A stretch of 64,000 nucleotides of DNA from an uncultured Ignavibacteriaceae bacterium (GTDB lineage Bacteria; Bacteroidota; Ignavibacteria; Ignavibacteriales; Ignavibacteriaceae). The position numbers and the translations under genes were made by a program. Position 1 is the first letter of the stretch. Each line of letters opens with the position of its first letter. Below are positions 31,954-40,099 of the stretch, in pieces. The stretch lies in NCBI GenBank assembly GCA_963699475.1, contig CAVOUA010000013.1, forward strand, positions 4,978 to 68,977, read 5' to 3'. The notes under the pieces are model-generated. The model ran no database searches, was not told the DNA's origin, and worked only from the letters and a program-made list of their open reading frames with translations.

Positions 31954-33189
31954 ATGGAGAAACAAATGAAAAACATTTTCCGATTCATCTTTGCGGTGCT
32001 TTGCCTACTCGCCAGTGCAAGCCCATTGCACGCCCAATGGGTACAAACCAACGTACCACCTTATGAGGTTACATGCTTTGGCGTCTCTGGCACAAATCTG
32101 TTCGCCGGGACCCCAGACGGGGTCTTTCGTTCCACCAACAACGGGACAAGCTGGGATTCCGTCAATGCTGGGTTAACGTATCTTTCTGTCGGCGCTTTTG
32201 CCGTCTCGGACACAAGTCTCTTTGCTGGGATCTATGGCGGGGTCTTTCGTTCCACCAATAACGGTACAAGCTGGACTTGGGCAAGTGAGGGCATGACGAA
32301 CACCGGTGTCTATACGCTTGCCGTCTCTGATACAAACCTCTTTGCTGGAACATCTAGGACTTCTGGTGGCGGGGTCTTTCATTCCACAAACAACGGCACA
32401 AGTTGGACAGCAGCAAGTACCGGCTTGCCGAACTCAAATATCCAGACATTGGCAGCCTCCGGCACGAATCTCTTTGCCGGGACTCCAGGTTATGGAGTTT
32501 TTCTCTCCACCAACAACGGTACAAGCTGGGCAGAGGTGAATACCGGTCTGACATATCCCATTGTTAACTCTCTCGCTGTGCGCGGTAACAATCTCTTTGC
32601 TGCAACTAACGGCGCTGGGGTCTTTCGTTCCACCAACAACGGCACAAGCTGGACAGCCGTTAATTCTGGTTTGACGAACACTTTGGTCTTGACTCTTGCT
32701 TTCTCCGATACAAACCTTTTTGCCGGGACTACTAACGGTGGCGTTTTTCTTTCCACCAACAATGGGACAAGTTGGATGTCGGTCAATTCCGGTTTGCCGA
32801 CTAACATTGTGTATGCTCTTACCGTCTCTGGTACGAATCTCTTTGCCGGGATTTGGAGTGAAGGTGTTTGGAAACGACCTCTCTCGGAGATAACGGACGT
32901 ACAACCTTCCTCAGGGGTACTTCCTGAAGAGTTCAGCTTGCAGCAGAACTACCCTAATCCATTCAATCCGAACACAACAATCAGCTATCAATTACCTATT
33001 CGGAGTTATGTAACTTTGAAAGTCTTTGATCTACTTGGCAGTGAGGTTGCAACGCTAATTAATGAAGAAAAGGAACAAGGGGTTTACTCGGTTAACTTTG
33101 ATGCTTCGCAGTTAGCAAGTGGAATGTATTTGTACAGGTTACAGGCAGGCTCTTTTGTCGAAACGAATAAGATGATTCTCCTTCGTTAG
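31954..33189 (+). CDS. Secreted seven-bladed beta-propeller protein (repeats ..NLFAGT..GVFRSTNNGTSW..) with a T9SS C-terminal sorting domain
   Basis: Signal peptide (the start may instead be ATG 31966, after GGAG). It has seven repeats of about 43 aa. The C-terminal domain reads LQQNYPNPFNPNTTISYQLP...VFDLLGSEVATLINEEK...ASGMYLYRLQAGSFVETNKMILLR. Confidence 0.85.
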   Translation: MEKQMKNIFRFIFAVLCLLASASPLHAQWVQTNVPPYEVTCFGVSGTNLFAGTPDGVFRSTNNGTSWDSVNAGLTYLSVGAFAVSDTSLFAGIYGGVFRSTNNGTSWTWASEGMTNTGVYTLAVSDTNLFAGTSRTSGGGVFHSTNNGTSWTAASTGLPNSNIQTLAASGTNLFAGTPGYGVFLSTNNGTSWAEVNTGLTYPIVNSLAVRGNNLFAATNGAGVFRSTNNGTSWTAVNSGLTNTLVLTLAFSDTNLFAGTTNGGVFLSTNNGTSWMSVNSGLPTNIVYALTVSGTNLFAGIWSEGVWKRPLSEITDVQPSSGVLPEEFSLQQNYPNPFNPNTTISYQLPIRSYVTLKVFDLLGSEVATLINEEKEQGVYSVNFDASQLASGMYLYRLQAGSFVETNKMILLR

Positions 33190-33245
33190 CACTGCACCGG
33201 ATAAATGTAAATGAATTAGAAATAGCAATATATTTTTTACTAAAA

Positions 33246-33272
33246 CCCCGTCCTCAAACGATGGGGTTTTTT
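33246..33272 (+). terminator. Rho-independent terminator
   Basis: ccccgtc (33246..33252) pairs with gatgggg (33260..33266, one G-U pair), followed by TTTTTT. Confidence 0.7.
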
Positions 33273-33408
33273 ATTGAAACCAGTTTAATAATTAAGGATT
33301 AATTTCTCTGAACCTGGGTATTAAAACAGATAAGAATTGCTTTCCCTAGTTCAGTAATTCAATCAAAAACAATTTGCTCAAGTTATTTTGCTTATCTAAT
33401 TTTGCCTT

Positions 33409-36400
33409 ATGATAGTTCGATGGACTAAATCCTACTATCATTATTTTTATCTCACTTCTGATTGGTTTGCGAATTGGCTTTGCACAAAATATCCAATTTG
33501 GACAAATAACTGTCGATGATGGATTATCAAATAGCTATGTAAATTGTTTACTGCAGGATAAAACCGGTTTTATCTGGTTCGGGACAGATGATGGCTTAAA
33601 TCGTTTTGATGGTTATGAAATAAAAGTTTACCGTAACAATCCGGATGATTCATCTTCAATTTCAAATAATACAATTTGGTCTCTGTGGGAAGATCATTCT
33701 GGATACATTTGGATTGGAACAAAGGGCAGCAAGTTAAATAGATATGATCCATATTTCGATAGGTTTGAACATTGGGATCTTGATTCAAATGGAACAAGCG
33801 AACTAACAATTTCATTTATCTTCGAGGATAGTAATAGTTTTATTTGGATTGGAACTTATAGAAACGGTCTATACAGATTTAATCAGTCACAAAACAAAAT
33901 TGACCATTGGAAAAATAATTCCGATAGCACAAGAGTTTTAAGCGAGAATTTTATAACGTCTATCATAGAGGATGACTACAAAAATATATGGGTAGCTACT
34001 TACGATGGATTAAATAAATACAATCCTGACAACCCTGAGAAACCATTTACACAATTTTACAACTATTCTGAAAATAGTGATACTCTTAGTAACAATCCGA
34101 TTTGGTATTTGAGTAAATCATCATTCTATAAAAATTCAATATTGATTGGCAATCTGAATGGATTAACAAAATTTAATCCTTTGAATGGGGAATTTTCGCA
34201 AATCACTTTGCCTGAAAGTTTTAATTTACAGTTTGGTAGAAGTGTAAGTTCAATTGTTGAAGAAGATCGGGCAAGTGAAAAAATATTATGGGCTGGTACA
34301 TACGGAGGACTTATTCGAATAATTTAACCACCGGTGAAATGCAAAGATTCATAAAGAATAAAAATAACCCTTCCGGATTATTAAGCAACCAGATTACCGA
34401 TCTTATTATTGACAATTCCGGTGTTATTTGGATTGCTACAGAGAATGGTATAAATATTTATTCGCCCAAACTCTCAAAATTTAATTTTCAAAGCTCACAA
34501 ATCTCTTTCCCCGTAGGTTCTTCTGATCTTTTAAATAAAAATATCCGGGCTATTACTCAAAGCAATAATGAAACATTATGGTTTGGAACTGAAGAGGGAT
34601 TATACGGCATAAAAAATATTAATGGGGCATCTTCTCTTATCGATAACCCAGAATTTAAAACTTTAAATATATGGTCTTTGTTCAGTGGCAATTCTGGTAA
34701 TTTGTGGATAGGAACTTACGGTCAAGGACTGAAAGAATTGGATATTAAGACAAATAAAGTAAAATCCTGGAATGTTCAGAATCCTGTATTTAATGCTTTA
34801 GCTTTCGATTATGTTAAGACATATCTTGCAGGATGATAAAGGAATGTTATGGATTGGATTTTGGGGAGGCGGGCTGGGTAGATTAAATCCTTTAAATTCA
34901 GAAGTGGAATATTGGCGGAACGAAGTTAATAATCCTCAAAGCTTGAGTTATAACGATGTCTGGATGCTCTACCAGGACAGAAAAGGAAGAATCTGGATTG
35001 GAACAAATGGAGGCGGATTAGATTTATTTAACAATGAAGTACCAAACAGCTTCTATCATTGGAAAGCAGATAAAAAAAATAAATTGGGCTTAAGCAGCAA
35101 CAGTATTTATTCTATCTGCGAATCGATTAATGGAAATAGTTCAGATGATCAGACTATTTTATGGATCGGAACCGCAAATGGTTTAAATAAGTTCGTCATA
35201 AAAAATGACACCGGCTCAAGTAATTTTGCGAATCTTAATGTTGAAATTACTTCCTATACTGTCAGCGATGGGTTGCCTGACAATGCAATTGAAAGCATTC
35301 TTGAAGATGAAAATGGTAATCTCTGGATTGGAACAAGTTCAGGCATATCATTCTTTAATGTTGATAAAAATATGTTTATAAATTATAATAATGCCGATGG
35401 ATTAAACGGCAGCCCTACTAATTCCAATTCTGCAATTATAGCAAAAGCTGGCATTATGCTATTTGGCTGCACAAGGGGACTAAATTATTTCGATCCTCAT
35501 AAAATTTCACAATCGTCTTATTCTCCCCATGTTCGCATAACAGATTTTCAGATATTCAATCAGCCTTTGAATTTGAAGAGTAAATCCCCGCTCAAACAGA
35601 GCATCATTCATACTAAAGAAATAATTCTTAATTACAGTCAAAACGATTTTTCCTTTGAGTTCACTTCTCTCGATTACAATGCCCCTGAGTTGAACCAATA
35701 TGCATATATGCTTGAGGGTTTTGATGATGAATGGATATTCAGTGGCACAAGACGTTTTGTAACTTACACAAATCTTGATGCGGGAGAATATATTTTTAGA
35801 GTTAAAGCGACGAACAGTGATGGTGTTTGGAATAAAACAGATACACAATTAAGTATAATTATCAATCCACCATTTTGGGCAACCTGGTGGGCTTATTCTA
35901 TTTATATAGTTCTGTTTATTTCAGTGCTTATATCACTAAGGTCGTTTGAGGTTAAAAGGAGAAGAAAGAAAGAAGAAGAAAAATTGAGAAGAGAAAGAGA
36001 AGCAGCTTTATTGAGGGAAGCAAAGCTAAAAGCTATCACAATCGAACAAGAAAAAGAATTAGAAAAACAAAAAATCAGGAACCGAATTGCACAGGATCTT
36101 CACGATGAAATTGGCAGCAACTTAAGCAGCATATCTTTAATGAGCGACCTCATTCAAAAAACTGAAAAAGCTGATCCTGAATCGATCACTAAAATAAAAC
36201 GTATTCATAAAGTAGCTAAAGATTCATCCCAGGCTATGCGTGATATTGTTTGGATAACGAATCCATCATCGGATAATTTAAAAGACCTTATTACAAAAAT
36301 GAATGAGGTGGCAAATGATATGCTTGCCGGGATTAATTGGAAATTTGATTTTCCTGAAGAGACAAGTAAAATAAATTTATCCCCTGAAACAAAAAGAAAT

Positions 36401-36678
36401 GTTTTCTTAATCTTCAAGGAAGCACTAAACAATATTATTAAACACTCGGAAGCAAAAAACGCAGTATTGAGATTAAAAATCAACGATAAAAATTTGTTGC
36501 TTGCGATTAAAGACAATGGAAAAGGATTTAATGCTGAGCCTCAGGATCTAGCGGTAACGGATTGAAAAATATGGAAAACCGTGCAAAGGAAATAAATGGA
36601 ATATTAAAGCTAAACAGCAGTTCCGGCAAGGGAACCACAATTGCTCTTGCAGTAAATATCACGCAAGTGCGTGATTGA
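33409..36678 (+). pseudogene. Y_Y_Y two-component-regulator-propeller sensor histidine kinase (HisKA_3/NarX-type); about 4 frame breaks
   Basis: ORFs 33467..34327, 34288..34836 and 34811..36565 join with a tail that reads to the TGA at 36676..36678. The protein has propeller repeats (..FIWFGTDDGLNRFDGY..), a Y_Y_Y segment DFSFEFTSLDYNAPELNQYAYMLEGFDDEW, a TM helix and a coiled coil. The H-box is IAQDLHDEIGSNLSSI; the ATPase motifs are FLIFKEALNNIIKHS, DNGKGF and GNGLKNMENRA. ATG 33409 plus the signal-like segment requires another frame change near 33430. Confidence 0.8.
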
Positions 36679-36703
36679 AACGTGCGGTTCAACAGGTTAT
36701 TTT
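36658..36703 (+). promoter_or_regulatory. Palindromic operator candidate overlapping a sigma70-like promoter (site 1, upstream of the response-regulator gene)
   Basis: Perfect palindrome ATCACGCA-AG-TGCGTGAT at 36658..36675, TTGAAA at 36675..36680, a 17-nt spacer, and TATTTT at 36698..36703. The response-regulator ATG is at 36734. The same layout occurs at 37403..37449 and 48194..48240. Confidence 0.5.
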
Positions 36704-36733
36704 GAAGCTAAAATAAAAGCAAATATTTATAGA

Positions 36734-37378
36734 ATGAATAATCCAATTGAAGTTATAATTATTGAAGACAATGAGCTATTAAGAGATTCACTTAAGGAGG
36801 CTATAAACAGGAGCGGTCAGCTCGGTTGCAAACATTCGTTTGGTTCTGGCGAAGCCGCTCTTGATTTAATCGCAAAAGAAGAATTGGTCCCGAATATTAT
36901 TTTGCTTGATATTGGTTTACCGGGATTAAACGGAATTGAACTTATACCTGAACTTAAAAAGTTATCTCCAACATCTAAAATATTAATAATAACCGTGCAC
37001 GATGATGATGAGAATGTATTTAACGCAATTTGTGCCGGTGCTTCCGGTTATCTGCTTAAAGACCTTACTGCCGAAAAAATTGTAAGCTCGATAAATGAAG
37101 TTATGAACGGCGGCGCCCCTATGAACTCGCATATTGCAAAAAAAGTCCTGAATATGTTCAGGGACCAGAATGTGAAATCCAATGGTTATAGCCTCTCAGA
37201 AAGAGAGAAGGAAATATTAAGCCTCTTAGTTGAGGGTTTAAGCAAAAAACATATCGCAGAAAAAATCTTCCTCAGTCACCACACCGTAGATTCACACCTT
37301 CGTAACATCTACGCAAAGCTTGAAGTACACTCCCGCAGCAGTGCAATCTCCAAAGCCATAAGAGAAAACCTGCTTTAA
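36734..37378 (+). CDS. LuxR/NarL(FixJ)-family response regulator
   Basis: REC domain (VIIIEDNELL...ILLDIGLPGLNGIEL...ILIITVHDD) plus a C-terminal LuxR HTH (LSEREKEILSLLVEGLSKKHIAEKIFLSHHTVDSHLRNIYAKLEV). Start taken at the internal ATG of ORF 36671..37378. Confidence 0.9.
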   Translation: MNNPIEVIIIEDNELLRDSLKEAINRSGQLGCKHSFGSGEAALDLIAKEELVPNIILLDIGLPGLNGIELIPELKKLSPTSKILIITVHDDDENVFNAICAGASGYLLKDLTAEKIVSSINEVMNGGAPMNSHIAKKVLNMFRDQNVKSNGYSLSEREKEILSLLVEGLSKKHIAEKIFLSHHTVDSHLRNIYAKLEVHSRSSAISKAIRENLL

Positions 37379-37402
37379 ATCTTTTCATAATATTTTGCTT
37401 AA

Positions 37403-37449
37403 AACCACGCATTTGCGTGATTGATAAACATGACAGTGTCAATTATTAT
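37403..37449 (+). promoter_or_regulatory. Palindromic operator candidate overlapping a sigma70-like promoter (site 2)
   Basis: AACCACGCA-TT-TGCGTGATT at 37403..37422, TTGATA at 37421..37426, a 17-nt spacer, and TATTAT at 37444..37449. It lies 25 nt after the response-regulator stop and is oriented toward the T9SS cargo genes. Confidence 0.5.
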
Positions 37450-37629
37450 TAGGTAGTTGTTTTAATATAGAGAAGTAAAATATTAATCAACAGCTGATTT
37501 AAATAATAAATGCAGCTTTTTATTTGTTAACTACAAATATTTTTGTCCTATGGGGGCGCTATGATAAAACAGAACGATACCTTTCTCCTTCCAATTTGGA
37601 AACTTCTGTTACCATTCAATGTTCAAATC

Positions 37630-37858
37630 TTTTCACAAAACCAGATACAATACCGTGTTATAAGTAACGGAAAAGAGAAACGAGCAAACTCTGCTTTTAT
37701 AACTTTATTTAACGAAGAATTACCCGCCGGAGAATATATTGTAGAGTTTAACACATCGCCATTCCTCAGGAATTTATTTATATCAATTAAAAGTTTATCC
37801 TACAAACGGTGGGGCTGAAGAATTCATTCATACTAAGAAAATGATTTTTATTAAATAA
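37630..37858 (+). pseudogene. Degenerate relic of a T9SS C-terminal sorting domain (no N-terminal body)
   Basis: FSQNQIQYRV...LFNEELPAGEYIVEFNTS is in the frame of ORF 37543..37818. Then ..IPQEFIYIN-stop and LKVYPTNGGAEEFIHTKKMIFIK-stop follow in shifted frames. The NYPNPFNP core is missing. Confidence 0.5.
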
Positions 37859-37890
37859 CATATTTTCAATTATAATTTCAGGAGGACAAA

Positions 37891-40011
37891 ATGAAACTTT
37901 TATTTACCATTCTCTTTGTTACTTTATCTAGTTTCGCTTTTGCACAAGAAGGCTGGTCTTGGGTAAATCCGCTTCCACAGGGAAATAACTTGAGCGATAT
38001 TGAAGTAACGGCAAATCTTAGTGTTGCAGTAGGTTATGGTGGTACAATAATGACCAACAACGGCAGCGGTTGGGAGATAAGGGATGGAGGATTTGAAGAT
38101 GTTTTATTTTCAGTTTGTATATATGGAAATAATATTTGGGCAAGTGGTGTTGATGGGGCCATTTTGCATTGCAGTGATGGAAGCGGAACATCCTGGGAGT
38201 CACAAACAAGCGGAGTGGATAAACAATTGCGTTCCGTTTTTTTCATGGACGACCAAAAAGGTTGGGCAGTAGGTTTAGAACGTACAATACTTCATACTTC
38301 TGATGGTGGACAAAATTGGGGAGTTCAATCTTCTGGTGGAAACACTCATCTGTACTCTGTTTTTATTATTAACGAATCTGTTGGATACGCCTGTGGTTAC
38401 GACCTTTCAAGCTCTAAGGGAATAATTCTTAAAACTACAAACGGCGGGACATATTGGCCAGGTCAAATCAATCCAGCGCTAAATAATCAATTAAGATCAA
38501 TTTACTTTAAAGATATTGATAATGGTGTAGCAGTTGGTGAAAATGGAACAGTCTTGTATACAACAAATGCAGGGCTTAATTGGTATTTAGCTGATAGTAA
38601 AACTACAAGTGATCTGATGGATGCAGATTATGATAATCAAGGTAATGGTTATGCCGTTGGCGATGATGGTGTGATAATTTATACAAGTGACTTTGGACAG
38701 AATTGGAATCTTCAAAACTCGGGCACTGAAAATATTTTATATGGGGTTTCTAGTAATAGAATTGTGGGTGAAACTGGCATAATACTAAGTTCAACTAATG
38801 GCGGTCAGGCCTGGGAATTTGAATCGACAGGATTCACTGATAATCTATTAAGTCTGGACTTTGTAACTGACAATATTGGGTATGCGACAGGAGTAGATGG
38901 AAAAATTTATCGTACAACAGATGGAGGTTTAACCTGGCCATTACTACCAACTAGTATAACTGTTGGTTTAGGTAAAGTTCAGTTTATAAATCTGGATACT
39001 GGTTGGGTTGCTTCTTCACATTATATTTACCGGACAACTGATGGTGGCGTAAGTTGGGTAGAGCAACTCTATTTGCCTCAACCTAACGAAGTGATTTTTG
39101 ATGTAGAGTTTGTTAAAGGCTTGCCTGGTGAACCAGTGTTTGGTTTTGCTTGCGGCGGATTGGCAGGTTTCTGGAAAAGCACAGATGGGGGTGAAACTTG
39201 GAATGGAGGAGTTGCTTGTACTAATGGTAACTTTCTTGGATGCAGTTTTGTAGATAAAAATAACGGATGGCTTGTTGGGGTGCCAAGCACTGTTAATACA
39301 ATTACAATAATGCGGACTACAGATGGCGGGGGCACATTTGAAGAGCAGACTAATCCTATAATAGAACCCTATATGCGTGATGTTTCTTTTGTCACAAATC
39401 AGAGGGGGCTTGCAGTCGGTAACAATGGACAGACTTTATATACCAGTGATGGTGGTGCGAATTGGGTCGAGAGAACCAATGGGAGTTATAATTGGCAGGA
39501 GGTTTTTCTTTCTGAAACAGGAAAAGCCTGGGCCGTTGGATTTAAATCTGGTGTTGGAGGGATTGCACATTCCACGGATTGGGGCTACACCTGGCAGATG
39601 CAGGCAAGCGGTGTATATCCGCAACTCAATGGGATTGATTTTATAAACGATAACGAAGGTTGGATTGTTGGTAATAACGGCACAATCCTTCATACAACAA
39701 ACGGCGGTGTAACATTTGTTGAAGAAGAACAGATTAATGAAATACCAACTTCATATTTCTTAAGTAATAATTTTCCTAATCCTTTCAATCCAAGCACAAA
39801 AATTCGATACTCAATTCCGCAATCAGATAAAGTTCAAATTAAAATATTTGATATGCTCGGTAACGAAATCGAAACATTGATTAATGAAGAAAAATCGGTT
39901 GGCACTTACGAGTTAAACTGGAATGCCATCGGTCTGCCCAGCGGCGTTTATTTCTATCAACTCAGAACAGGAAATTTTATAGAGACAAAAAAAATGATTC
40001 TCCTTCGTTAA
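37891..40011 (+). CDS. Secreted Ycf48/BNR-like multi-propeller protein with T9SS C-terminal sorting domain
   Basis: AGGAGG RBS and a signal peptide. Many repeats of the form ..ILHTSDGGQNW.. / ..YRTTDGGLTW.. / ..MRTTDGGGTF... The C-terminal domain reads SNNFPNPFNPSTKIRYSIP...IFDMLGNEIETLINEEK...SGVYFYQLRTGNFIETKKMILLR. Confidence 0.85.
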   Translation: MKLLFTILFVTLSSFAFAQEGWSWVNPLPQGNNLSDIEVTANLSVAVGYGGTIMTNNGSGWEIRDGGFEDVLFSVCIYGNNIWASGVDGAILHCSDGSGTSWESQTSGVDKQLRSVFFMDDQKGWAVGLERTILHTSDGGQNWGVQSSGGNTHLYSVFIINESVGYACGYDLSSSKGIILKTTNGGTYWPGQINPALNNQLRSIYFKDIDNGVAVGENGTVLYTTNAGLNWYLADSKTTSDLMDADYDNQGNGYAVGDDGVIIYTSDFGQNWNLQNSGTENILYGVSSNRIVGETGIILSSTNGGQAWEFESTGFTDNLLSLDFVTDNIGYATGVDGKIYRTTDGGLTWPLLPTSITVGLGKVQFINLDTGWVASSHYIYRTTDGGVSWVEQLYLPQPNEVIFDVEFVKGLPGEPVFGFACGGLAGFWKSTDGGETWNGGVACTNGNFLGCSFVDKNNGWLVGVPSTVNTITIMRTTDGGGTFEEQTNPIIEPYMRDVSFVTNQRGLAVGNNGQTLYTSDGGANWVERTNGSYNWQEVFLSETGKAWAVGFKSGVGGIAHSTDWGYTWQMQASGVYPQLNGIDFINDNEGWIVGNNGTILHTTNGGVTFVEEEQINEIPTSYFLSNNFPNPFNPSTKIRYSIPQSDKVQIKIFDMLGNEIETLINEEKSVGTYELNWNAIGLPSGVYFYQLRTGNFIETKKMILLR

Positions 40012-40099
40012 AGTTTACTATCCAAAAACTCAGCGAAAGATGGCGATGGAGAACAGGATTTAATCAAATAGATTTATAAAAATATTTTCTGGAGGTTTT

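Noticed and set aside
32073-32904. Cluster of long alternative-frame and antisense ORFs (32073..32261, 32162..32353, 32173..32382, 32306..32539, 32354..32554, 32434..32904, 32490..32807, 32696..32893)
   Set aside because: They all lie inside the G+C-rich, internally repetitive propeller gene 31954..33189. High GC and the repeats suppress stop codons in other frames. Their translations are low-complexity (R/P/S/C-rich) with no signal, start context or motif.
37406-37419. CACGCA-TT-TGCGTG as a transcription terminator for the response-regulator gene
   Set aside because: The loop would be only 2-4 nt, with a 5-6 bp stem and no T-tract. The same element occurs upstream of genes at two other sites at fixed spacing to promoter hexamers. 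A protein-binding site is the better reading.
37543-37818. ORF 37543..37818 as a genuine 91-aa gene
   Set aside because: It starts at a TTG with no RBS. Its only recognisable content is a broken T9SS sorting-domain remnant that continues in other frames. It is better described as a relic.
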